NCBI GenBank assembly: GCA_964012805.1
Contig: CAXGUD010000006.1
Location: forward strand, 32,001 to 96,000
Direction of reading: 5' to 3'
Source: an uncultured Bacteriovoracaceae bacterium
Lineage (GTDB): Bacteria > Bdellovibrionota > Bacteriovoracia > Bacteriovoracales > Bacteriovoracaceae
Length of the DNA: 64,000 nt
In this document: positions 1 to 9,418 of the stretch, one piece after another
How the letters are laid out: each line of letters starts with the position of its first letter
Numbering within the stretch: the stretch's first letter is position 1
The notes under the pieces: generated by a model
Databases searched by the model: none
Seen by the model: the letters and a program-made list of their open reading frames with translations, nothing else
Told to the model about the DNA's origin: nothing
Made by a program: the position numbers and the translations under genes

Positions 1-966
1 GACGACAATACTGTTAGCAGAAAGACATGGCTTTATATTTTGAAGGAAATTTTTTTCAATATTACCTGTAAAGTAAGACGGCACATCACTAAAAGAAAAA
101 AAATCAATATTATCGATTTCTTTTACTAATTCAAAAATATCTTTTTGCTCGAGGTGTACCGAAGCGTTTCCTTCATTTAAACTTCTTTTTATATCATCAA
201 AAACTGATGGATCTGCCTCTATAGGAATACCTTCTTTAGTCATAACTTTTCCAAGAAATACAAGTTGAAGGAAAAAGCTTTCTTTTGCGACAATATTGTT
301 TATAAGGTGGTCAAAGTTATTTAAGTAGTATTGAAAGTGACTTTCTTCAACGTTTTTTTCTATAAAGTGACCTTTATAGAGAAGAGCATTAAAAAAGCTC
401 TTGTTTCCCATAAGAAAAACAAGAAAACGCCATTTTAAATGCGGAAAATCTCTTTTATAATAATTCAACTGATCTTCAATGGTGGAAAATTCAAAAAGTT
501 TATCGTGTTGACTTCCCATTATTTTTTTTATGATTTTTGCCACGACTTGAAACGTCTTTTCCCACTTTCCTAAATAAAGGGGGGAAATCCAGTTAATTTC
601 ATCGTAAAGCCTTGAAAAAAAATGTTTACAATCATTTGAAAGTTCAAGTTCATTAAAAAGAGTATTTCTCTTTCTTGTGTTATCTTCAGGTTCATAAGGA
701 GGGTATCCCCAGAATAAAAGATAGTCTTCAAGAGAAAATTCTTTGTAGCAGCTTGATCTTAACTCTGTAAGATGGATCTGCTCCTTAGAAAGGTCAACGC
801 AATATAAATCACTAGGGCCATGACATAAAAGAGGAAGACTTCGACCACCACTACCAGCAACTGCTAATACTTTTTTAGGATTTAATTTCTTAACCATCTC
901 AACTTCAAATGTTGTATCTTCGTTTCCAAGGGAGTAGTTAAGACTTTTAAAGTATTTTTCGGTCAT
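1..966 (-). CDS. DUF3419/BtaA-family SAM-dependent 3-amino-3-carboxypropyl transferase-like protein (3' end runs off the window)
   Basis: Not in the ORF track. Hand translation from ATG at 966 (ATGA overlap with the upstream stop) gives MTEKYFKSLNYSLGNEDTTFE...VLAVAGSGGRSLPLL...YCVDLSKEQ, and near the edge FSFSDVPSY. These are DUF3419-like motifs. The middle was not checked codon by codon. Confidence 0.8.
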   Translation of the reverse strand, partial: MTEKYFKSLNYSLGNEDTTFEVEMVKKLNPKKVLAVAGSGGRSLPLLCHGPSDLYCVDLSKEQIHLTELRSSCYKEFSLEDYLLFWGYPPYEPEDNTRKRNTLFNELELSNDCKHFFSRLYDEINWISPLYLGKWEKTFQVVAKIIKKIMGSQHDKLFEFSTIEDQLNYYKRDFPHLKWRFLVFLMGNKSFFNALLYKGHFIEKNVEESHFQYYLNNFDHLINNIVAKESFFLQLVFLGKVMTKEGIPIEADPSVFDDIKRSLNEGNASVHLEQKDIFELVKEIDNIDFFSFSDVPSYFTGNIEKNFLQNIKPCLSANSIVV

Positions 967-3038
967 GAGTTATCCTCACTTTTTTTAATTGACCAGGTTT
1001 TTAAGTTTTTTATTGCGTGCTCTCTACATAATTCAAATTCTTGATCTGTGACAAAACCCGAATGCCCCATAATTGCGGATAGTCTTACACCATGCTCAGA
1101 TGCCATTTTATCAATTTCTAAAACCTTTTTATAATTAATATTTCTTGAAAGGGTAAAGTTTTCAAGTGTGCCATTAAGTGCAAGAAGAGCTGTCTCAGCA
1201 AGACATGCATAGACCACATTTCCCTCAAGCCCAAGGTCAACTTTGCTATCAATATTGCCAGGAAGTTGAACTTCTCCACTTGCTATAACCATGACATCCG
1301 GTCTTTTAAGGGCGTCTTCCTCCTGAATATCAAAAGGTCGGCTCACATCGCAAATAACACAACCAGGTTTCACCATTTCAATATCTAAGATCTTTCTACC
1401 TTGAGCACTTGTTGTGGTTATAATCAGGTCACAAGTACCAATGAGTTCGGGTTCTGGTGAGGTCGCGATTGTAATTTTTGTTGTAGGGTCTATATTTTCA
1501 ATTTCATCTTTAAGTTCAAGAAGCTTATAGCCTCTAGGTGCAACAAGAATAACTTCGTCCCACCGTGAGGCAAGTACCTTTGCACTAACAGCACCAATGC
1601 TTCCTGTTGCACCGACGACCATAATTTTACCTTTCCATTTTCCATCATTCTTTTTTACTATCCCAATTTTTTGAACAGCTATTTTTGCGGCCCATAAAGT
1701 GGAAGCAGCGGAAAGACTATTTCCAGTTGTAACGGGAATAGGACTTCTTCTTGCTACAGTGACACCAGCATCACCTACAATTTTTGTATAGGCGCCAAGG
1801 CCAATGATATTAGCACCATCTTCTCTTGCCTTATAAGAGAGGTCGACTAATTTTTTATAAATCGTAGATGTGTCTGCCTCAAGAAGTTTTCTAGGAGTAT
1901 CAGGAACTGCATAAATAATACCCTCTACTTCTTTTCCAGTTTTTTCGCTTACGATTCCTTTAATTTTACCATAGAAAAAACCTGGAAAATTAGAGGCCAT
2001 ATTTTCAACTGATCTTTCAAGTGGTTTAGAGTAGCTTTTAAGCCATTTAAGAGATTTTGCCTTAAAAAGCATTTTGGCCGCAAGAGGGTGGATGATAAAA
2101 GCAAACGTTTCTTTTTTATTTGGTGTAGATGTTTTATCATAGCTTTTAATTTCTGGACCTAGTTTACTATCTCCAACCCAAGATAAAATTTCACTTGCAC
2201 TTAAAGGATTATTATTATTTTTTGTAAGCTGAAGAAGTCCCTCATAGAGAGCAAAACTAGAAAATGGAAAGTTTTTTAGAGAAGGTAGGCACGAGATAAT
2301 ATTTTTTACACCATAAGATTTTAATTTTTTTTCTAAAAGAGGGTTCAGAAAGTCTATAATAAGAGTTTTTCCCCTTAGATGTTCTAAGTCAACACTTGAA
2401 ATAGTTGAATTCGTTCCTATAAATACGTGGGAAGAGAAGAATCTACGCAGACCTTTTCCTATGAGCACATCTTTTTCTGAAAAACTAGGAATATTTTTTT
2501 TTCTAAAATTCATTTTTTTTAATAGATTTGAGGAAAGGGATAAAAACGTTTCTAATCTTCTTTTATTTCTAAAAATTGTTGGTAGGTGAAAAAAGTAATA
2601 AGGGTCACAGAGCCTTATGTCGCCAGCAAATTCTTTAATAACATCAAGGCAATGAATAAATTGAGATCCGCAGTAAAAAGAGATTTTTTTATTGGCAATA
2701 AGCTCAGGTTCTCTTAAATAAACTTGTCTTAACATCCAGGGAAGATAAACCTCTTCGAGAATTTCACCGTCAAGTATGGGTGTTTGATCTGAGCTTAATT
2801 TCAGCTGATTAGACGTTGGGTTTACTATATCTTTTCTTGGAAGGTGAATTCTATGTGGAATTCCTGAAAGACAAATGAGATCACATTCACCATCATATTT
2901 TTTAATAAGGTCTTTTGTTAAATTAAAATGAAAACCAGTAGAAAATTGGGTAATCCTAATTTCTTGACCTTCAAATTCAATAACTTTATCAAAGTTTGTG
3001 TTTCTGGATGCATAGGCAAGGGAGAGGATGTGCTTCAT
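963..3038 (-). CDS. two-domain dehydrogenase: uncharacterised N-terminal domain fused to a COG5322 / fatty acyl-ACP reductase (AAR)-like domain
   Basis: FAFIIHP, GLGAYTKIVGD, TTGNSLS, VVGATGSIG, CDVSRP and YACLAET motifs typical of AAR-like proteins. Confidence 0.7.
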   Translation of the reverse strand: MKHILSLAYASRNTNFDKVIEFEGQEIRITQFSTGFHFNLTKDLIKKYDGECDLICLSGIPHRIHLPRKDIVNPTSNQLKLSSDQTPILDGEILEEVYLPWMLRQVYLREPELIANKKISFYCGSQFIHCLDVIKEFAGDIRLCDPYYFFHLPTIFRNKRRLETFLSLSSNLLKKMNFRKKNIPSFSEKDVLIGKGLRRFFSSHVFIGTNSTISSVDLEHLRGKTLIIDFLNPLLEKKLKSYGVKNIISCLPSLKNFPFSSFALYEGLLQLTKNNNNPLSASEILSWVGDSKLGPEIKSYDKTSTPNKKETFAFIIHPLAAKMLFKAKSLKWLKSYSKPLERSVENMASNFPGFFYGKIKGIVSEKTGKEVEGIIYAVPDTPRKLLEADTSTIYKKLVDLSYKAREDGANIIGLGAYTKIVGDAGVTVARRSPIPVTTGNSLSAASTLWAAKIAVQKIGIVKKNDGKWKGKIMVVGATGSIGAVSAKVLASRWDEVILVAPRGYKLLELKDEIENIDPTTKITIATSPEPELIGTCDLIITTTSAQGRKILDIEMVKPGCVICDVSRPFDIQEEDALKRPDVMVIASGEVQLPGNIDSKVDLGLEGNVVYACLAETALLALNGTLENFTLSRNINYKKVLEIDKMASEHGVRLSAIMGHSGFVTDQEFELCREHAIKNLKTWSIKKSEDNS

Positions 3039-4093
3039 CCTTCACCCCCTTCGAGGGCCTTTTCCCTAATTGGTTTAAAAATGTTTTCTTTGTATTTATT
3101 ATAATCACTTGTTTTTTCGCCCCTTAAATCTCTATTGAAATTTCTTTGATCATAAATGCATTTAGAGTACATATAGAGCAAAAGTTCTCGTGGAATTCCT
3201 AAAAGTTCCACCAGATGGGGACTAAACTTGGTATTAGGTAAAGGAAACGGCTTTGGATTTATTCCAACTGCTTTAAAACAATCTTTAATAAACTCATCAA
3301 TTGTTGGAAGATTCGTACCAACCACATGATATGTTTTTAAAGGTAAATCATCCTGATCATTTTTAATTCCCTGGATAACAAAATATTTTGCGTGATCAAC
3401 AGGAATAATAGGGAAAATACTATCCTTGTTGTAAGGAATTGGGATAACAGGCAGAGAATTTAGAATATCTTTTTTATCCTTATTTTGAAGAAGAAACTCT
3501 GTGAAATAATAAGGCCCATCAACCTTAGGGATATGACCTGTTTTTGAGTCTCCTATGATAACTCCTAGTCTATAAATTCTTCTTTTAATAGATTTTTTAA
3601 AATCCCAATTCTGAACCTGAAATTCTGCAAAATATTTAGTTTCCGCATAACTATTGGAGAAAGATTGACCTTCATCGAGAACACTTTCGTAGTACGTTCC
3701 TGAGTGTGAACCACTGACAGCAATTGTGCTTATATAATGAAAAACATCTACATTTGGGCAAAGACCTGCAAAATAGAGAAGATTTTGTGTTCCAATAACA
3801 TTATGGGAATAACATTCAGATAAATTTCCTTCTATGTCATAAAAAGCTGCAATGTGAATGATTGAGTTAATCTCTTCTTTTATATCCTGATATTCTTTAG
3901 CATCCTCAATAACATCCATGTTCAGGAGGTCCCCAACTATGAAGGATATCTTTTTTTCATTTGGGAATAAGCCTTTTGCTTTTTGTAAGCTTTGTTTTCT
4001 TATGAGAAGGTAAATGTGATCGAAGTGATCTATTAGATCCTTTAGGATATACCCACCCAAAAAACCTGTAGAGCCTGTCAGTAAAGCTTTCAC
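3035..4093 (-). CDS. extended SDR oxidoreductase (male-sterility / thioester-reductase-like)
   Basis: TGSTGFLG, HIAAFYD, YAETK. Start moved to GTG 4093, which gives a GTGA overlap with the upstream stop. Confidence 0.8.
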   Translation of the reverse strand: MKALLTGSTGFLGGYILKDLIDHFDHIYLLIRKQSLQKAKGLFPNEKKISFIVGDLLNMDVIEDAKEYQDIKEEINSIIHIAAFYDIEGNLSECYSHNVIGTQNLLYFAGLCPNVDVFHYISTIAVSGSHSGTYYESVLDEGQSFSNSYAETKYFAEFQVQNWDFKKSIKRRIYRLGVIIGDSKTGHIPKVDGPYYFTEFLLQNKDKKDILNSLPVIPIPYNKDSIFPIIPVDHAKYFVIQGIKNDQDDLPLKTYHVVGTNLPTIDEFIKDCFKAVGINPKPFPLPNTKFSPHLVELLGIPRELLLYMYSKCIYDQRNFNRDLRGEKTSDYNKYKENIFKPIREKALEGGEG

Positions 4094-5055
4094 GTTAATG
4101 TGACCTCTGCAACCCAATCAACAAGATCCTTACTTGGATCAACTGCATAAACTGTAAGGGCCTTTCTCTCAACTTTGATTTCCCATCGGTTTGATGGGGC
4201 AAAAACTTCACCATCCCCAAAAAACGAAATCATTTTCTCAGGATTATTATTAATGATTTCTAGCTCGCTTGTTTCGAAGGATTTGAAATGGGGATCATTT
4301 TGAGGCAGATTTCCGTTTGAAAGCTCTAAGAGGGCTTTCAAAAGATCTTTTTTGTATGGATGAGTAAACAGGCTTACGTTGAAAGACCCATCAGAATTAT
4401 TTGTTTCAGGTGCGACTATAAAAGAACCGGCCAAAGTAGATTGGTTATTGATTAAGACAGCAACAGCTTTTTCATGGGAGTGAAAGTTAGGGGACTTTAG
4501 TTCTAGATCATAGTAGTCCAGTTTATCGGTTAAAATTTCATAACCAAGAAATAAAGAATAAATTTTACTTCCGGAGAGTTGCATGACTTTTTTGAAAAGG
4601 GGGTAGTCTTGTCGGAGGTCATTTATTTTAGCGGCAACTATACCACCAAGACCAATACCACCATTGGTTGCCATAAATTGCCCATTTATATTGATGAGGT
4701 CAATTTTTTTCTTAGTTTCAAGTCTTATACATTGAATAATTTGTTCGATATCTTTTGGGTCACTTAGTTCGCTTGCAAGGTCATTTGCAGTGCCCGCAGG
4801 AATAACAAGTAGACCAACTTCTGTTTTTGCTATATTTTGAATAACCGTATTTGCTGTTCCATCACCACCAACACTAATGATAGCATCAACTTTATCCTCG
4901 ATGTCTTCTTTAAGGTTTTGATTAAGTTCCTCAATGGACGAAGGTGTTTTAAAAATGAGATGACTTCTAAAAAGCTGTCTAGTTATTTTCTTCCTCCAAT
5001 GATCATAAGATGTATTGGAGGCCCTTTTGTTGAGGTAAATAGTTATCTTTTGCAT
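4090..5055 (-). CDS. diacylglycerol/sphingosine kinase-family lipid kinase
   Basis: GGDGTAN, IPAGTANDLA, GDGE motifs; likely start ATG 5055 (MQKITIYLN). Confidence 0.85.
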   Translation of the reverse strand: MQKITIYLNKRASNTSYDHWRKKITRQLFRSHLIFKTPSSIEELNQNLKEDIEDKVDAIISVGGDGTANTVIQNIAKTEVGLLVIPAGTANDLASELSDPKDIEQIIQCIRLETKKKIDLININGQFMATNGGIGLGGIVAAKINDLRQDYPLFKKVMQLSGSKIYSLFLGYEILTDKLDYYDLELKSPNFHSHEKAVAVLINNQSTLAGSFIVAPETNNSDGSFNVSLFTHPYKKDLLKALLELSNGNLPQNDPHFKSFETSELEIINNNPEKMISFFGDGEVFAPSNRWEIKVERKALTVYAVDPSKDLVDWVAEVTLT

Positions 5056-5234
5056 AAATTGACCCTTTTGAGGGTTATCAAACGGTCTTTTCCCTATACT
5101 CAAATCGGTTAAGGCATTTAAAAGATTGAAGAAAAAATTGCATCATTTCTTAAAAAAATGAGGCCTGTTACTATGATTGCTATAATAGGTATTCTTTAAA
5201 GGGATACTTGGAACTTATTCACAAAAGTTGACTT

Positions 5235-5906
5235 ATGGACACCATCTTTAGTTGTCAGGAACTGACTTTTTCTTATAGTTTTGGAAATGTAAATATTGAG
5301 GCCTTAAGAGGGGTTTCAATGGATTTTCAAAAAGGAAAATTCTACTGTCTATCGGGCCCTTCAGGTTCTGGAAAAACAACTTTTCTTAACGTCCTTGGAC
5401 TTATTGAAGATATTCAAGGGGGAGATATTGAATTTGAAGGAAAAAGGTTTAGAAACCTAAAAGAAGAAGACAAAAATTATATAAGAAGAAATCAGGTCGG
5501 ATTTATTTTTCAACATTTCAATCTCTTTCCAGTCTTAAGTGCTGAGGAGAATATTGAGTTTTTTCTAGTAAGGCAAGGTGTACCAAAAAAAGAACGTACA
5601 GATCTTGTTCATAAGGCGCTAAAGGACGTGGGACTTTGGGACCATAGAGATAAAAGGCCGCTTGAAATGAGTGGCGGACAAAGACAGAGAGTCGCCGTGG
5701 CAAGGGCCCTGACGAAAAGGCCTCTTGTTATTATTGGTGATGAACCTACGGCAAGCCTTGATCAAAAAACAGGAAAAGAAATTGTAAACCTTCTTAAAAA
5801 CTTAAGTGATGAATATGGGGCTTCAATTATTTTATCTAGCCACGATACGATGGTTCATGAATTTGCTGAGGAGCTTGTTATTCTAAAAGATGGGAGGTTA
5901 ACGTAA
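5235..5906 (+). CDS. ABC transporter ATP-binding protein (LolD/MacB-like)
   Basis: GPSGSGKT, MSGGQRQRVA, DEPT. Confidence 0.92.
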   Translation: MDTIFSCQELTFSYSFGNVNIEALRGVSMDFQKGKFYCLSGPSGSGKTTFLNVLGLIEDIQGGDIEFEGKRFRNLKEEDKNYIRRNQVGFIFQHFNLFPVLSAEENIEFFLVRQGVPKKERTDLVHKALKDVGLWDHRDKRPLEMSGGQRQRVAVARALTKRPLVIIGDEPTASLDQKTGKEIVNLLKNLSDEYGASIILSSHDTMVHEFAEELVILKDGRLT

Positions 5907-7111
5907 TGCTTTTTTCACTGGCCTTTCGAAACTTAGCAAGAAATTTTAGAAGAACATTAGCAATGGTCTTAACTATAGGAATAGGAACTGGTGCCCTTTT
6001 GGTTTTTAAGGGATTTAATGTTGGGATCATGAACCAGTATAGAGATAATACAATTCATGCTCGCTACGGTCATGGTCAAATCAATATGAAAGGTTATCAT
6101 AACTCCGTTTATGAGAAGCCTTGGAAGCATTGGATAGAAGATTATGACTCGCTTAAAAAGAACCTCTCAAAAGTCCCTGGTGTTAAACTTCTTTTTCCAA
6201 GAGTCAATTTCTTTTCGCTTTTAACCAACGGGGAAATGAACATAAGTGGAAAGGGTCAAGGAGTCGATGGTTCGGCTGAATTTTCCTTTTTTAATACCCT
6301 TAATATTGTTGAAGGTAAAAATTTATCAGATGAGAAAGAAGGAATCATTTTAGGAAAAGGACTTGCCAGGGCCCTTAATGCAAAAATTGGTGATCGGATA
6401 ACTGTTTTGGGAAGTACTATTTATGGAAGCATGAATGCTGTTGATACATACGTAACAGGAATTTTTCATACAGGCAGTAAGGAGTTTGACGATAGTGTTT
6501 TTAGAATTCAACTTGACCTTGCACACCTTTTACTTGATACGAAAAAAGTTGAATCCGTTTCCCTAGGCATGAAAGGCCTCGGCTTATGGAAAAGTATAGA
6601 AGACTTTGTTGCTGATAGTGATATAGATCTGGAAAGTATTCCTTTTCATGTTTTGGATAAGGTATATTATCAACACTCAGTTGACTGGTTAGATGCTCAA
6701 TTTGGCGTTATTCAAATTATTATTTTAGTCATTGTTATCTTAGGTATTTTTAATACAGTTTCAACATCAATTCTTGAAAGGCGTCAGGAAGTAGGAAACT
6801 TAAGGGCGAATGGTGAAAGTAGGATTGAGGTTTTAAAGCTTTTTAGTAACGAAGGTTTTTTAGTTGGTGTTTTTGGGGCCATTTTTGGTATTATTGTTGT
6901 ATACGCAATAAATTTAAGTTTTTTAAAAGACGGTATTTTAATGCCTCCGGCGCCTGGTTTAACTAGGCAATTCCACGTTAAAATTGAGTTACAAGAATGG
7001 ATGGCCGTTCAGACATTTATTATTGGGACAGTAACGAGTTTTGTGGCCACATTTTTGGCCTCTCTAAGAGTTATCAATCAAAAAATATCTGATCTTTTAA
7101 GATCTGTTTAG
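5906..7111 (+). CDS. ABC transporter permease (FtsX/LolC/E-like)
   Basis: N-terminal TM, large periplasmic loop, ERRQEVGNLRANG, C-terminal TMs; translationally coupled to the ATPase. Confidence 0.88.
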   Translation: MLFSLAFRNLARNFRRTLAMVLTIGIGTGALLVFKGFNVGIMNQYRDNTIHARYGHGQINMKGYHNSVYEKPWKHWIEDYDSLKKNLSKVPGVKLLFPRVNFFSLLTNGEMNISGKGQGVDGSAEFSFFNTLNIVEGKNLSDEKEGIILGKGLARALNAKIGDRITVLGSTIYGSMNAVDTYVTGIFHTGSKEFDDSVFRIQLDLAHLLLDTKKVESVSLGMKGLGLWKSIEDFVADSDIDLESIPFHVLDKVYYQHSVDWLDAQFGVIQIIILVIVILGIFNTVSTSILERRQEVGNLRANGESRIEVLKLFSNEGFLVGVFGAIFGIIVVYAINLSFLKDGILMPPAPGLTRQFHVKIELQEWMAVQTFIIGTVTSFVATFLASLRVINQKISDLLRSV

Positions 7112-7127
7112 GATAAGGAAGGTTCAA

Positions 7128-8054
7128 ATGCTAAAAATCGTAAGGGTATTTTTATTTTTAGGGTTATTTGCTTTTTTATCAAACCCTTTGGTTTCTCAAG
7201 AAAAGGAGAGTGAGGCGAGTAGTGAACCTATAAAGGAAGACAAAGTAGATGTATCACCAAAAGATGAAAAAATAGGAGACGTATCTGGAGAAGTTTCTGA
7301 AGAAGATGGTGATAAAAATGCAGCTGAAGAAAAAGTTTCAGCACCTATCGTCACTGAAGAAGTTCCTGAAGACGTTTCCGGTCGGTTACCAGCATCTGTA
7401 GAAGGTCCATCTGCAGAAGATATTTTAAAAAGAGCTGATGAAGTACGCAATCCTTCTGACTCATTTTTTATGAAGGTTAAAGTTACAAATAAAGGGGAAG
7501 AAGAGAAACCTAGTCAATTCGACGTTTCAATAAAAGGTAATAATAGAACTTTAATTAAAACTCTTCTTCCTAAGAGGGATAGAGGAAGAAACCTTCTGAT
7601 GCTTGATGAAAATATGTGGGTTTTTATTCCTAACTTAAAAAGAAGTGTTAGAGTTGGACTTTCTCAAAAATTAACGGGTCAAGCTGCTAATGGGGATATA
7701 AGCCGAATGAGGTGGAGTGGAGACTATACTCCAAAGCTTTTAAAAGAGACGAAAAAGAGTTGGTTACTTCACCTACAGGCGAAAAAGAAAGGTTTAACGT
7801 ATGAACAACTTAAGGTCCTTATATCTAAAAAAGGATTCAGGCCCAGACAGGCCCATTTGATGAGTGTTTCTGGTAAACTTTTAAAAAAGATTTATTACCA
7901 GGGGTATAAAAAATTGGCAGGTCGTTTAAGGCCTAGTCAAATGAACATAGTTGACGCTATAAATGATAATAAGAAGTCACTTATAGAAATCGAAGAGATG
8001 GAAGCAAGGGATTTTCAAACTGCCCTTTTTAATAAGAGGAACCTCGCTGAATGA
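7128..8054 (+). CDS. LolA-like 'outer membrane lipoprotein-sorting protein' with acidic N-terminal linker
   Basis: Signal peptide, Glu-rich linker, then MWVFIPNLKRSVRV and LTGQAANGDI; typical position after an ABC permease. Confidence 0.75.
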   Translation: MLKIVRVFLFLGLFAFLSNPLVSQEKESEASSEPIKEDKVDVSPKDEKIGDVSGEVSEEDGDKNAAEEKVSAPIVTEEVPEDVSGRLPASVEGPSAEDILKRADEVRNPSDSFFMKVKVTNKGEEEKPSQFDVSIKGNNRTLIKTLLPKRDRGRNLLMLDENMWVFIPNLKRSVRVGLSQKLTGQAANGDISRMRWSGDYTPKLLKETKKSWLLHLQAKKKGLTYEQLKVLISKKGFRPRQAHLMSVSGKLLKKIYYQGYKKLAGRLRPSQMNIVDAINDNKKSLIEIEEMEARDFQTALFNKRNLAE

Positions 8055-9259
8055 TTCCAAAAAAAGGTCTTCTTTGGACCTTTATAAGTTGTCTTTTTCT
8101 AATAGGTGTCTCAAAAGCTGAACGAGGTACTGTTAAGATTGGTGGTGAGTTCGGTATGAGATCATCTTATCTCTATGGGGAAGATGATTTTTCTTTAAAG
8201 AGGCCCTACGCTCACGTAAAAGCCCATTTTAAAAATTTTGGGAATGATGAGGTTACACAAGAAGTGTCTATCTCCTCAAGGTTTTTGTTAGATGACGAGG
8301 CCTCTAAATCAGATACTTTGACAGAAGCTACGTACAAAATTGTGAGAGAAAACTCTACTTTCACATTTGGTCTTCAGGAAATAGGGTGGGGAGAAACTTT
8401 TGGTATTTATCCTCTCGACTTTGTAAATGCCAGAAATTTTGAAGATCCTTTTATTTCAGATTTAAAGTGGACGAGAATTCCTGTGTTTGCTCTCAATTAT
8501 GAGTATCTTGGAGAAAAGTTTAGTGGACAATTAATCGCTATTCCAAAACCTAAAAATAGCATATTTCCCTCTAAAGGAGATACCTTCGACACAACCCCTA
8601 CGAGTTTTGCCCATCTAGAAAGAGAAGATATGGCCACCCCTCAACTCATTTACGATTCGGAAATTGGTGGCCGGCTTGGTTATCTTTTTGACTTTGGTCT
8701 AGATGTCGACTTTTATTACTTTTATCACCGGAATCGAAACTTAGCCTTGGATATAAAAAATGGTACGACCTTGAGTCCTGTATTTAAACAAATTCATTCA
8801 ACAGGATTAAGTAGTACTTTTGCAACAGGGGATTTTGTTTTTCGCTTAGATTTTGTAAATCATTTTAATAGACCTGTTAATGATCCAGAAACACTTGCTG
8901 TTAAATATCTAAATAATATGATTGGTGTTTTCGGTTTTGACTTTTCAACCGAGAGTAAATTCCAACTTGGCCTTCAATACCATCATGATTCTTTTACAGA
9001 GTTTTACTATAACTGGGTAAGTTCACAAATGAGCTTCCCTTTATTTGGTGATTGGATGGAATTAAGTTTTTTTGTTTTTTGGGGACTTAATAACCAAGAT
9101 CTTTGGTATCAGCCGACCATGAAGCTTTTTATGAGTGATCAATTATCAATGTCAATTTGGGCAGACATCATTGAGAAACAAGAACCTAAAAAGGCAGGTC
9201 AGATTAGCAGCTTTTCAGAGCATGATAGAGTCTTTCTTGATGTTAGTTGGCAATTTTAG
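8051..9259 (+). CDS. putative outer-membrane beta-barrel (DUF1302-like)
   Basis: Signal peptide, GLQEIGWGE...PLDFVN motif, terminal Phe (VSWQF). Confidence 0.6.
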   Translation: MIPKKGLLWTFISCLFLIGVSKAERGTVKIGGEFGMRSSYLYGEDDFSLKRPYAHVKAHFKNFGNDEVTQEVSISSRFLLDDEASKSDTLTEATYKIVRENSTFTFGLQEIGWGETFGIYPLDFVNARNFEDPFISDLKWTRIPVFALNYEYLGEKFSGQLIAIPKPKNSIFPSKGDTFDTTPTSFAHLEREDMATPQLIYDSEIGGRLGYLFDFGLDVDFYYFYHRNRNLALDIKNGTTLSPVFKQIHSTGLSSTFATGDFVFRLDFVNHFNRPVNDPETLAVKYLNNMIGVFGFDFSTESKFQLGLQYHHDSFTEFYYNWVSSQMSFPLFGDWMELSFFVFWGLNNQDLWYQPTMKLFMSDQLSMSIWADIIEKQEPKKAGQISSFSEHDRVFLDVSWQF

Positions 9260-9418
9260 GGGAAGATTTTCAGTTTACAATAAAGTCAAGTAAAGAGCAT
9301 TAAAAGTTTCGGTAAAGATTTTATCCAAAAAATTTCTTATAAAACTACTGGCCAACAGTCTTTCTTAAAGGCACTATCGGGGCATCGATTTTGGCAACCT
9401 TTATTAAGGCGGCGAGGC

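Noticed and set aside
9340..9418. Possible ZTP or PRPP riboswitch in the purF leader (ACTGGC...CGGGG)
   Set aside because: The 3' CGCCTGGGC pseudoknot element and a convincing P1 are missing; only an Rfam scan could rescue it
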